A stretch of DNA of 63,977 nucleotides, filler included, from Welwitschia mirabilis (Eukaryota): the NCBI GenBank assembly GCA_051453625.1. It is 6 parts of one record of this genome, joined end to end, with 100 filler letters (N's around TTAATTAATTAA, not from the genome) between each part and the next. Parts side by side here need not be neighbours in the genome. Positions count along the whole stretch, not along the records: positions 1 to 22,831 come from JBOZIK010000001.1; positions 22,932 to 39,172 come from JBOZIK010000001.1; 4 more parts are not named here. One strand, written 5' to 3'. Positions 12,680-25,310 of this stretch are shown piece after piece. Each line of letters opens with the position of its first letter. Position 1 is the first letter of the stretch. Made by a program: the position numbers and the translations under genes. The notes under the pieces are model-generated. The model did not search any database. It was given only the letters and a program-made list of their open reading frames with translations, and was not told where the DNA came from.

Positions 12680-14900
12680 TGTTAACGGGTTAGTTATTGA
12701 CTTATTTTTAAACTCATAAAACAGTCTCACCTCTCAAACATTTATTGAGGGTTAAAGTCAGTGTACCCTTGGATTGTTCATATTCTTGTATCAGGTCGAT
12801 GATTGTTTTCAATATCCTTTGTGCTTGCTTAACATATCCTGTTTCTGGCTTGTATGTTTTATCCCTGGAAGATTAGATCTAAGAGCTTTGCAGCTGCTTC
12901 TTGTGCACACATGCTACAGAGAATCAAACCATGTAAATTTGTGTTTGTGTTCTTGTTGTCACTTTATGCTTTTTCCTCTGTAACAAATGGTATCAGAGCA
13001 CAGGTTCTCAGCTAAGAATGAACAACATAGAAAGGACTTTTCTGTAGGCAAAGTGAATGGGTGGATAATCTTTGGGCTGCCTATATAGGTTGCACAATTG
13101 GACATTCCATACAATGAAGCATCTGCAAACCATTGACCACCTAATTGGACCTAATAATCAGGGCATTGGTAACTTTTGGGTGGAGGGAATTCTGCTACAT
13201 ACAGACTGTGAATTGCAAGAGAAGCCGACAGCAAAGACCTCCATGATGTCCAATGCAGCAAACAACAAAGGAGACAAAAGGGCATTGTCCCTAATTCAGT
13301 CATATCCAACAAGTGGCATTCTGCAGTCGTATACGTAAAAGAAGACTAATCATGAACTACTGAAGGAGTTCAGGCTATGGTTTGAGCAGTCCAGTGACAT
13401 GAAACAATACAGCATTAATCAAAATGACAAACAGAGCATCTCTTTACTCTCACCCTGATGAAATGAACAGGTTGCTATCAAATTAGATGCCCTTCAACTG
13501 ATGTTTCCTGAAAACCTCTATGATAGTCTTATGCTCAGTTCCCTAACAGATTAGTTGGAGAATGTAAGGACTATTCTAAGCATACGCTTCACAGCGATTT
13601 GTACTCTGGATACAGCGATTTCCATATTTGATTTTGACAAGACAGAACCATCATTTCTATTTGGAGGACCTTCAGGTGAGCCACTTGCAATTGACAACAA
13701 ATGGTATCCCAATCCAAACAAGGGGAATGTGGTGAAAGCAAAATTAATAGTAAATCTGTTAAACATGATGACACTGTGTATTTGTTATTTGTTCCATGAA
13801 GAGGGTTCTCTTTGAAAGGACAATTACTTGTTGAAAAATAAGCAAAAGGGAAACAGCTCAAGTAACACACTAGACGAAAACAGTGGTAAGGACTAAATAT
13901 AAGTGGTGATGCTTCTATCATACTAACTGACAAGGCTAAAGAAATCAACACTTCCATGCATTCCTCTCTAAATGTTTGGACACTTGGTCCAGGTGCTTCT
14001 TTTTGTATATGTCTGCTTAAAAAGCACCTTTTTGTTTATAACAAAGTTTCAAGCATTTAAAGGATATCTTGGAAATGATAGGCCCCGCAAAACCTAGGGA
14101 GTGGAATCTACTGTTGTTGAGTAGGAAAAAGGCTAAACGAATTTCCTCGAGCAATCCTCATCATGTTCCTAAAGTTTGCAAAGTATCATTTCTTTTAGAC
14201 AGTTTGATGACCTATAGTTGCAGGACCACTCAGGAAGGCGAGAGGTAGAAAGCCAGAAAAGGAGCTATGGTTTGCTCCATTGCAAGAAGGGATAGTTCAT
14301 CCTGGGAGCCACCACACTAGGACGCAACCTGAGAATAGAAACAAAAGGTAATAGTTCTCTATGGTAGCACAAATTGTCACATCTCATTTCTAAATACACT
14401 TTTCAAAACATTCCTTCTGTATCCTTACATTTCTGTCACGATTTTACTGTGGGCAAAAAAAACTATGTTACTTTTCAAAAGTATGAAATAAAAAGAAGGC
14501 AGAAGAAACTTGATATTGCTGTCACTGGTGTCATGTTTGTTACTGTTGTTGCTAGTGTTTCTTATTTGGCAAATTCTATTGATATTTTTGGTAGAAAAAG
14601 ACTTGGATCCATCGTAATTCTTCCAAAAGACCAAGTTCTTGAAAAAACTAAAAATTTTAAAGCTTGAACAAAAAGTGAATGTAGTTCCAAAATCAAGTGT
14701 CTAATTACTAACAATGGTGATGAATACATTCCTGGGAGTTTGATATGTTTTGCTAAATACGATGGTATTTTGCATAAGAAAACTCCAGGAGGAACTCTGA
14801 AATAATGGAGTTGTGGAGACATAAAAACTCCAGGAGGAACTCTGAAATAATGGAGTCATGGACACATACAACAAAACAATATGGGGAAGAGTTATTAATT
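12680..14900 (+). mobile_element. Degenerate Ty1/copia element A (5' LTR, PBS, gag, protease, partial integrase); LTR start approximate
   Basis: LTR ends ...taaCA at 12985, with perfect PBS TGGTATCAGAGC at 12988-12999. Motifs: gag DKRALSLIQ and LMLSSLTD*L; protease NVWTLGPGASFCIC at ~13971; integrase SIDIFGRK, KIKCLITNNGDEY and NGV at 14570-14815. It stops mid-integrase. Confidence 0.88.
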
Positions 14901-14902
14901 AT

Positions 14903-17900
14903 TGTGAACCAAAACCTTTATTTACTCTTGTGTTACCTTTTGGCCTTATACTTTTATGTTGTAAAAGGGGACACCTATTCATGAATAACAAAAGGAGGTA
15001 GGGTCACTTGTTCGTGGTTGGATCAAAGTAATTTTAGGGTTGGCTCAAAACCCTACCATAATATAAGAGGTTAGGGTGTTCATAGAGGGCATTTAATTGT
15101 ACTGTTGAGTAAGAGGGTCTTGGGTGAAGAAAGCGGAACTGCTTGTGTTCCTTGTGACCGCTAATCCTTGCAACTGAATCTCAGACCTCTGTATTACTTT
15201 CGATTGAAGTAGAGTAAAGATGGCCCAAACCATGTTAAATTTCGTGTGTTTTCTTTGTTGCTTGCTATTTTTCTTACGGATCTTTATTTCACTTGCCACC
15301 AAAGCCTTGGTTGAAGGTCTGTTGGCAATCCCAATTTCTTTCAAGTGAAGCTTGTGAATAAAGCAAGCAAAGCGAGCAACGCAGGTCCAAGCACAGTTGA
15401 GCACAGCGAGCAAGATTCTTTTGAGTTGCCATTTATACATCTCCAATGCAGTGACTTTTTTCCTTTTTACCGCCTTTACTTGCACAAGGTATTCAAACTA
15501 TTAGGGGTCTTCGGATTAAAAGAATGGACAAACTGCAAAGTACAGACAGACTCAAGAAAACAGGAACATTCTAATGCAAGATATTTGGCTGGAGCAAGCG
15601 TCTGATGTTGCTATCTCGGGTTCAAAATCTGATAGTGTGGAAAATGAAAATAGGGAAAAAGTAGACAAAGAGGCCTTGTTTCTAATAAATCCTTGCCTAG
15701 CAAATAACATTATTGCATCCCTAGCAAGTGAGAAGACCACGAAAGAATTACAGGAGAAACTAGAAAAGAGGTACAACAAAGCCTATGGAATAAATCTGTT
15801 TCATATTGTTACAAAGATTCATAAAGCAAAAATGAAGGAAGGAAGTTCACTGCAAAACATTTGGACGATTTGTTCTCATGTTTTATCAAGTCAGAAGAGC
15901 ACAAGATTGTTTTTCTAGAGCTTCTGAACGTGTTATGCAGTAATAGATCCTCTGCCTCACCACTGGCAGACTCTTCTTACTACTACCTCTTAATCAATAA
16001 GTGTTTCTCTAACGTCATTGGAGGACGTGATTTGTACTATGTTGAATGCAGAAAAACAAATGACGATAATGGTTAGAGGAAATTTGTCAGGTGAAGCCTT
16101 GACCTCAGAAGAACGAGGATGTTCGAGAAGACATAACCAAGATAATGGAAAAAACAAAAGCAGAGTTAAGCCTAAAGGCAGAGAAATTTATTACTGGTTC
16201 TATAAGGAGGAGGGTCACATGAAAAAGGATTGCTAAGCATACAAAGAGTTAAAAGAAAAGTAAATGGATTGCAAGAAGGCAGAGGTCCAAGCAAAGGACA
16301 TGCACATCTAACTGATGATGATGCACATGAGACATCACCATGATTTCATTGATGATGTCTGGAAATTGTAGTGATGCCTCTTTTTACATCTGTCGAGACT
16401 GAAAGGGTTTCAGTTCTTATGAAGTCTCTGCTTCTGGAATAGTCAGAGTTGCTGACAACAGTGTGATGGTTTTCACGTCACTATTAAAAATGTGAGACAT
16501 GTTTATGACATTACTAGGAATCTGCTATTAGTTGCTTAGTTTGACAGTGTTGGCTTCACATTAGTTTTCTCAGAACTCAGAAGGCATGTAGAACATTAGC
16601 AGATGTGCTATGGCATTGCTGAATAGTAAGAAAGAAGATTCCTTGAATATCCTGCATGGCAGGCCTGTAAGTAGACAAGGAAAAGGAGCTGCCAGTGCAG
16701 AGGATCCAAACCTGTGCCGTAGGCATCTTCGACAATCTTGAGGCATCAGCAACAAAGGCACTTCAATCTCAAAATCTAATTCCTGCATCTCTGTTTCATT
16801 GGATTTCTGTAAAGAATGTGAAATAGGAACGTCTCACAGATGCAACTGAACAAGAGATAAGCATTTTGGAAGCAAAGGTAAATTAGAATTAATCAATTCT
16901 AATGCTGTTGGTCCTTTAAATCAACATCTCCTGGTGGCTCTCATCATTCTGTTATTTCCATTGATGACCTAATTCACAGACTTTAGGTTATGTCCTATTA
17001 ATACAAAGGACATAGTTCTTGATATTCTAAGAAGTTTGTCGCACAGGTGGAAACACACACAAGTCTAAAGGTCAAGATACTGCTCACAACTAATGGAGGT
17101 GAATATACCACACATGTCTTTGATAAATTCCCTGCCCAGAAGAGCATATTCACTCCCATACTCCATTTGAAACTTCAGAGCAAAATGGAGTAGCAGAAAG
17201 GTGTGATAGGACCTTGTTGGAATGTGCGAGGGGCATGGTGGGTGGTGCAAAGCTTCCCAAAAGTTTCAGGGTGGAGGCAGTTAGTACAGCAGTATATCTC
17301 ATTAACAGGTCCCCCCATTTAGCATAAATGGACAGATTCCAAAAGCCCCATGGAAAGGCAAAACCTGTATCATATCAACACTCGAAGGTCTTTGATTGTG
17401 AAGCCCATGCCCATGTGCATGTGGAAAAATCCCGCACATCCAAGCTAGAGGACAGCGCACACAGCTCCTGTGAGCCAACAGGTCATTAGGTCTAGAAATG
17501 TAAAATCCAGGGATGATAGTCCTTTCTATTCAAAGTACGAAGACAGTCATGATGTGGGAGTTTCTAATACCCAGCAAAAGCAATCTTCCATATTTCTCCC
17601 TCGTGTGCATGCTAAATAAGAACCAGAAACTGTTGTGCATGAAACTAATGACAGAAATCAGCACCCCAACAAGAATGATTGACCAAAAGAAGAAGATGAT
17701 ATAAATGAGTAGGCAAAAGCACAGGAAAAAACAGATATGCCTTCTCAGTGGATCCTTCCCAGGGGAAAAGAAGTACCAACTAAAGTTACAAACTTAGCCA
17801 GACAGGTATTCTCCCTCATTGTATTATGTTTTGTTTACAAATGGGGGAAATCAAAAACTGTGTAGAAGCTAAATCTTGCAGTGAATCAAAGCAAAGACAA

Positions 17901-19790
17901 AAAGCCATGGAAGAAGCATGGAAGTCCCTTACAGATAATCATAGATGGGACATGTGTCACTACCAAAACAGACAAAAGTCATCCATAGTAGATGGCTTTT
18001 CACAATAAAGATATAAAAACATAAATTTGTAAGGTACAAAGCAAGACTGGTACTAAAAAGTTATGCTTGGAAACCATGTATAGGCTTTGCAGAAATCTTT
18101 TCTCCTGTTGTTAAACACTCTTCCATTAGAATTTGGTTGTTCCTGGTTAGTTGTACAGATTTGGAGTTAAGAGTAGCTACATGTCAAACCTACATTTTTG
18201 CATGGGGATTTGGAAGAAGAAATAGACATGTGTCAGCCTAAAGGTTTTGCTGATCCAAGATATTTAGATCTAGTATGCAGATTGAACATAAGTTTGTATA
18301 GAATCAAACAGGTACCTCAACAAAGGTACAAGAAATTTGATTTGTTCATGAAAGAATAACAATATTGCAACTGGAAAATTTATCACTGTGTGTGCCTCTT
18401 AGGCCAACTGGGAGGTAAATTTGCATTTGCTATTATTTTTAGATAATATGCTCATACATGGAAATGAGTGATGTAATTAAGCACTTGAATTCTAGAATGA
18501 GTAAGCGTTCTGATATGAAAGCGACCAGCCATGCAAATTCTTGGCATGAAAATTGTTAAGAATAGGAGACAAAAGTGGTTGTGGCTTAATCAGAAAGAGT
18601 ACATCTCCAAAGTTTTGGAATGTCTTAGCATGGCTGACGTTGATGCTCTGAGCACCCATTAGCATTTTACTTTCAATTGAGGTCCTAAATAAGTGGAAGA
18701 CAAGAAACGTATGAAGTCCATTCCATATGCCTTAGCAATGGGACTACCGATGTACGCTATGGTGTGCACTTGACCATGTATAGTTCATGCAATGACTGTT
18801 GTCAGCAAGTTTATGAGTAATCGTAGATGGTCACATTGGCTAGCAATAAAATGGATATCGTGATACTTAAAAGGAACAAAATCACATCAGTTACAATTTC
18901 GAGGAGAAGATCTCCAAGTAAAAGGTTATGCTGATGCTGATGCTGATTTTGCTACAAATGTGGACGCTAGGCAATCTACTACCTAATATGTTTTTACTCT
19001 TGATGGAGATGCTATCAGCTAGTTATTGAGGCTTTAACAAATGATAATTTTGTCCACAAGAGGATCTGAACATATTACATTGATAAAGGCCTTAAAGATA
19101 TGTTGTGGTTTAAGTGTTTCCTTGGCTTGTTGGATCAAAAGCCAAAATATTATTCGATCAAAGTTAGAAAATTTAGTAACATAAAACATAGTTGTGAAAT
19201 GTGGATCCAAATTGCCACCCAGGGCGATCTGGGTCTTGATCAAGATAGAAATGCTCCAAATCGGTTTTGAATTGCGATGCCCTCAAGATCGAGATCCAAA
19301 GGCTCTAGATCGCGATATGGGGCGATCAGCAATGTTCTGAAGAAATCTACAAAGTTCCAAAGAGATTTGCAGGGATCTAGAGAGATCCACAAAGATCTAG
19401 AGAGGTTCACTGTTTCTTGAGGTTCAAACCCAACATGCATGGAATATTTTGATCATTTTGATATTCTCAAGTAGGTATAAACTGAACAGTAACTAGAAAG
19501 ACATTTTAAAAATCTCATTTTTTATTTCTATTGGAGATTAAATTAATTTCATTAAGTTTTAAATTTAGCTCAAAGCTTTTTCCATCTTTGTGATGAATAA
19601 TGATCCGCAAAACAGTCCAGAGCAACCCAACAATTTGGAATCTCCAAATCAAAAACACGATCTACAATCCGATCCACATTTCACAGCTATGACACAAAAT
19701 ATAAAATATATTACATTTGAAAGAAAAAACCTCAGAGCAAAGATGTTTAAGACTTTTAACACTGGAATTAATGTTGCTAAGTGGAACTGA
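14903..19790 (+). mobile_element. Degenerate near-full-length Ty1/copia element B (LTR, gag, PR, INT, RT, RH); 3' LTR not found
   Basis: TG-initiated LTR-like segment 14903-~15290 shares the aaccatgt-aaattt-gtgt motif with the element A LTR, followed by decayed PBS tgccaccaaagc. Motifs: gag ORF 15574-15918; knuckle YKEEGHMKKDC; INT LELINSNAVGP, TNGGEY, QNGVAERCDRTL, EAVSTAVYLINRSP; RT EIFSPVVKHSSIR, FLHGDLEEEIDMCQPKGF; RH GYADADADFA...RQSTT. Confidence 0.92.
19187..19691. mobile_element. hAT-type MITE (505 bp) inserted in the RNase H region of copia B
   Basis: 21-bp TIRs catagttgtgaaatgtggatc (19187-19207) and gatccacatttcacagctatg (19671-19691) match at 20/21. 8-bp TSD acataaaa (19179-19186) / acacaaaa (19692-19699). 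Subterminal GATC-rich repeats. Confidence 0.88.
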
Positions 19791-20036
19791 GGAGTTCTTA
19801 TGGTAGATTTGTCAAAAAGCTGACAAAAAAACATCCCTCTAAAGTGCAATGCTACCCTTTAGGATGTATTTTATTATAAGAGTTCTAGATCTTCAACTCC
19901 TAAGGACTCAATGTAAGGGTGCCATACAAGATCCAACCAAGATTCTAGCCTATGGAGAAAGCTATGGCCAAGCTGATTATGTCACACATGGTTTTGTACA
20001 AAATTCAAAGGGGCAAAACCAAATTCACAAAGCTCT

Positions 20037-22407
20037 TGTTGGTTCTGAAAGATCCAATAAATGCAGATCAGGCCTAGAACTGGAAGAAATTCCTAGGGAA
20101 CATAGAAGATTATGCCTTCAAAACAACTCATTGCAATTAATTGTAATATATACACAAGCAATAGGGAAAATAAAAGAGAGGCGAAATACTAAGTGATGTT
20201 TATGTGGAAAGTGGCTCAGAATGGACATTGACTAGAGAATAAATAGAAAAAGAGAATTAAAAGAAAGTGAGGAAAATAAGTGCTTTATGGGAAATAACAG
20301 GTGTCAGAAATAATATAACTACTATTTATTTACAATAAACCACCCCCTTTCTTATGTGAAGGTTGTTGAAGTCTGAACATGAAATTGAGAACACTAAACT
20401 AGACACTAAGCTAAAGAAGAATCAAGCTTCGAACTAACGATGGAAGCACCAAGCCATTGAAATTTGCAACTTCAAGGAAGATTTCCTTTGAGTGATCTTC
20501 CCAGATGAATCTGCACAACTCATCCTTTGCAACTTTTCAAAAAATAAACCCTCCGAGCAGCCTCCACAAGCAATCTGTGTACCTTGCTTGAAAATATTTG
20601 ACACACCCAACACTTCAAATGAAACACACCCAAGAAAGAGAGATACCCTAGAAATCAGAGTAACCCAACAAGGGACAAACTGAAGCAATTACCATAAAAA
20701 ACAATATCATGAAAAGCATGCCATCCCACTTTTCATGACATTGTTTCTAGACAACATTGCATACATAACTGGTTGTAATAAGCTCACAGCCTAGCTTTTG
20801 ACAAATTTACCACCCATGATATAGAAATTTTGAAATACATGAAGAACCATCATGAAAAGAATAAATGCCTCAATGAAAAGTGTAGTTGACAAGACGATTA
20901 CACCATTGAATGCCTTACCCAAGGCAGAATCAAATAATTAATTATATTTCATGGACCAATTAAAAGAAAAAAGAGAAGGAATAGGTAGCAAGGAGCATCA
21001 TAACCAGACTGAAAGTAGACATCAAAGACATAGGTGCTACAAAGAATGGAGCCAAAGCTGGCACGGACATTGGAGACATTTCCTCAAACATTTGGCATGC
21101 ATAACTCCATGGATTTGCAGAAACAGTAGGAATGCAAAAGAATCGGTGTGACGTAGAAATGGCCCATCCGGGATGCAAGCCGTCCAACAAAAACTATTGT
21201 GAGATGTATCAAGAAGGATGATTGAAAACGAACAAATGTGTGTCATCTCCAACCACCTTTGTTAGATAACTCTGAGGAGTGATGCAGGTTTTCCCTTCCT
21301 CTATGAAACGATCCATCTGTCTACCAAAACTCTTAACGGTAATGAATTCTTGCACAAATCCAAAATGTCGATGAAGTTGACATAATTCTTGATGTTTGTG
21401 TCAGTCTCAAAGTCAACTTGTTCTGTTGGACACACAACATTGCCCTTCTAATGGACGAATCATATTTATCAGCAAAGAATTTGAACATCACAAAAATTCT
21501 CTCCTTCAGATCTTCGCTCACCAAAACCACCAATCCCAATCCTCCTTCCGTCAGATCACCAGAGGTAGAGTTTTTGGAACTCTCAACATAGCAAACCTAT
21601 GCAGTTTTCATTTAGATCTGTAAAACACCAATTCCATATTGCCTTTGAGATGCATGACAAAAATAGTCTTTCATTGACAACATGCCCTAATGTGCATCTA
21701 CTGCATGCATTTGATCGTTGCAGTGGATACCTCAGTAACAAGCTTGATAAGGGTGAAACCTAGGATGGCTACAACGTCTTTGGTCACCTTGGGTTACGTG
21801 TCGTTGAAGGAAGTGAACACGCCTATTACGCACCTGTGCACTGTTTGTCAGAGGTGCCTCTGCACGACTGCCCTTGCCTTGCTAAGCAACATTGTCGTGA
21901 TCTGCACAGGTGGGATGCAGATTTGGTTGTCGATGACATGACTGATGTGGTGGATGGTGTTCAATGGAGCATGGCCTCATTGAGAAGCCTTTCAAATATG
22001 TTGAATGCGACCATGATCAAAAAGACAACAAAAGCCATCATTGATCTCTAGGCAATCTATTTTCTCTGAGAAATCCTAGATTTGCTCTGATACCATTTGT
22101 TGGATCTAAAAGACCCACTGAATGCAAATCGGGCCCAAAACTAGGAGAAATTCCTAGGGAGCATAGAAGTTTATGCCTTCAAAATAGCTCAAAGATTTCA
22201 TTATAATTAATTGTAATGTATACACAAGTAATAGGGAAAATAGAAGAGGGTGAGGATACTAAGTGATGTTTATGGGGAAAGTGATTGAGAATAAACTTTG
22301 ACTAGAGAATAAATAGAAAAAGGATTTAATACGGGAGAGACAATTACAGAGAAAGTCAGGAAAATAAGGGCTTTCTGGGAAATAATATAACTAAAATTTA
22401 TTTTACA
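20037..22407 (-). mobile_element. Short non-autonomous LTR retrotransposon C (paired ~300-bp LTRs, ~1.75-kb degenerate internal region)
   Basis: LTR pair 20037-~20334 and 22098-22407 (tgttgg...gaaattcctaggga.cataga...atttaca). Perfect PBS gctctgatacca at 22084-22095. PPT-like ccccctt at ~20343. Possible decayed 5-bp TSD gctct/acttt. Confidence 0.88.
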
Positions 22408-22831
22408 ACTTTTATTTCAAGGCTTATTCACTTGTCTTCAAAGAGGTTCCCTACTTGTCTTCCAAGAATAACCGAGGAAGGAGTGGTATAGTTGCTCTTG
22501 ATTTTAAAGACTAACAAAAAGCTCTGAAAAAGCATTGTTGAACCCATAAAGAGGATAGAGAAACTAGTAACCATGATAGCTCAAATCTCATAGGATGCGT
22601 GATAGTGAATCCCATGGCTCACATGGTTGGACTTCAACTAATTCTCATGTTCTTAAAAGTCCCAAAGTAAGATTATGTTATACTTGATTTCTACTATTTT
22701 TCATCAGATTCTACAATATTTCATCTCTATCAACCAAAATTTCGTCATTTTGACTTTGTTGGAAGTGAAGCCAAATCTCTTGATGTTATTTATTCCTTTA
22801 TAGTGTGACTTTATATATTTTTATATAGTCC

Positions 22832-22931
22832 NNNNNNNNNNNNNNNNNNNNNNNNNNNNNNNNNNNNNNNNNNNNTTAATTAATTAANNNNNNNNNNNNN
22901 NNNNNNNNNNNNNNNNNNNNNNNNNNNNNNN
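22832..22931. other. Artificial scaffold spacer N44-TTAATTAATTAA-N44 (also centred at 39217, 47865, 50951, 62673)
   Basis: An identical 12-mer with stops in all six frames sits in the middle of five 100-bp N blocks. Confidence 0.97.
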
Positions 22932-25310
22932 TCATTTAATTTCCCTTTCTGTAGAATCAGTTCATGTCTAAGAATCTTGAGCTTTTGGAATAATTTAAAG
23001 GAGGAAGTGCCTTTAACCTCAATTTTCCAGATTTGTTCGAGCATATCCTTAAAGCTCGGTTCCTTCAGTTAGACATTCTCAAATCAAAAAAGAGATTTCC
23101 TTTGAGGGGAAGTCCATTGAGAGCATAATAGGCCTGTGATCAAGATAAAATCTAGCTTTCGCTCTAAGAACGAACTATATGTTAGGGTTCTTGATAAGAT
23201 ATCTATCGATTCTTGACATAACCAGTTTAGGGGGATCCCTAAAATTACTCTAAGTGTACCTAGCCTTGTGCAGGTGAAGATCTATATAGTCATGAACTCT
23301 TATAAAATTTGTAAACTGCTCAATAGAATAAGTGCTAGGTATGTTACTCGATTTTTCATGGATGTTAAGGATCTAATTGAAGTCTCCCATGCTAATGTCT
23401 GGAGAGTCTAGAGCAACTTGCTGGAGAGCTACCATTCTTTGTTCAATATCTTGAGGCCCACAAAAGTTTGATATCGGTCAGTTCTTGTTATTGTAATGCC
23501 AATTAACTGTGATTGTTGCTCTTGCTAATAGTGGTAATCTGACTATGCCTCCAAAGGATCATTAGCCCTCCCTTAGTTCCAATACTTGGAATCGAAACCA
23601 CCGACCAATTGTAGTGAGAATAGAATTGTCTAATTTTAATGGGCTCTAGTTTTGTTTCTTGAAGGAGACAAAGATGAGCTGCAGAACTTTTCAATAAACT
23701 CCAAAGGTGAGAAATTTTTTGGCCATTCCCGAGGCCTCTACAATTCTAGGAAATAATCATTTGAAGGAGAGTTAATATTTTTTTACCATCTTAGCTATCA
23801 TCTTTCGTTTCTTTCTCCAACCTGTTGTTGTGGTTATTCATTTGCATCTTCTTGTCAATCTGCACCATTTTGTTGGCTCTAGATGTAGCTGACATGTCTT
23901 CAACGAGCTCCTCTGTTTTCGCTCCTCCATTTTTCCTTCCTAATTTGGGCTCCTTTTCCATTGGAACTTGAGGTTGGGTTGATTGTATTAGTGCATTAAG
24001 GACGTGCTCCTCTTCTAACGTTTTCTGTTCCGCTTCTTAGGTTTCCATTTGATTCTCTTCCAGCTACTCTGTCTCTTCTTCAGAAAAGTTGTTAAATTTG
24101 TTAGCCTAGGATAATGGCTCATTGTTTGGCGTTGAAGCTAGTCTCTTCTTTGTCTCCTTTTTCTTTACTTTTTGCCAATCATTTCTTGTTTGTTTTTCCT
24201 CATTTTTTTCCTCTTTCTTTTCTTCCTTTTTGCATTTTCCTTTTGGATGCCCATTTTCCCCACATTTGGTACACTGCAAGCAAATGTTTTCAATCTCCAA
24301 GTTAAAGATCGTTTCTCTTCAAGCTGTGTCAAGAATAATCTTTCTTGCTTTGAAGTTATCTGGTTTCATATAGACGCATATTCTGGCTATTGCCGTTTTG
24401 GCCATTAGCTTAGTACTCCTGTTTAACCTAACAAATTCTCCAAACATGTTTCGAAAGTATTTAAAGAAATCCGAGTGCCAGATCTTTGGGTGTGGATTTG
24501 AAATACGAATCTAGACTGGTATCTTTTCGTAGATGTTCTCTTTATCTAAATAAAAGGTGTCCATTTAGTAAGGGCTAAACCCCTCCTACCAAAAAAATAT
24601 GGTCCTCCTGCTACAACCTTGTTCATACCTTCCGTTAAATCAAAAACAAAATGTAGTAAGTTTTCTCTGAGAGGTATTACCTTCCAACTGGCTGGGAATT
24701 TTTGGTCACACTATAACCTGATCTTTTCAATAAATGAAAGTCCTCTTGAGGACTAAAATTTTCTGATCAAGCTTCCAAGTGCTTTGAGTAATTTTTTGGC
24801 ATTTTTGCCCTAATGACCTTGCTATATTTTCTGAAACTGAAGTCCAAATTGGGGAAGCTTTGAGGCTTGCTTTTCCCAAGTAATTCCATGTAGGATTTGA
24901 TCCCAGATGATTCTATTGCCATGAAGTCAATAGTCTACCAAGAAGAAATGCTTCTGCTACCTTGGATGCCTCAGATCCACTAGAGCCCGCTCTTTCAGTT
25001 TTTCGGGGTTCGTGAGGCACCAATTGAAAAACCTCCCCTCTGGGTTAGGAAAATCGATGTGAGGCGTAAGCATTACTGTTGCACCCTTTCGGGTTTTCTC
25101 AACATTTGCGCTACCAAGGAGCTAAGGGCACATTAGAAAACGTGCAGAGAATCCGCAATCGCCTTGCCTGATCACTAGAAATCAGCCGCAACCACTATCA
25201 ATTCCCTAGGCTAGAGGAGGAGAGTAGCGCGTGGAAGACACACTTGAAAAACTACCACCGCAAGTTGTTGCCGCCATCGAAGACACCGCCGAAAACACCA
25301 GAGTCACCTT
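22932..25310 (-). mobile_element. L1-type LINE, 5' half: GC-rich 5' UTR, ORF1 with CCHC knuckle, ORF2 APE endonuclease (pseudogenised, cut by scaffold join)
   Basis: ORF1 carries CTKCGENGHPKGKC (~24230-24280). ORF2 begins at ATG 23758-23760 as MIIS*NCRGLGN, then LCLLQETK, SIGTKGGLMILW, MGDFN. Confidence 0.92.

Noticed and set aside
12988..12999. tRNA-like sequence TGGTATCAGAGC
   Set aside because: Only the 12-nt primer-binding site complementary to the tRNA-Met 3' end; no tRNA gene body.
22876..22887. TTAATTAATTAA palindrome recurring five times
   Set aside because: Always centred in exactly 100-bp N blocks, so it is an artificial six-frame-stop scaffold linker, not biology.
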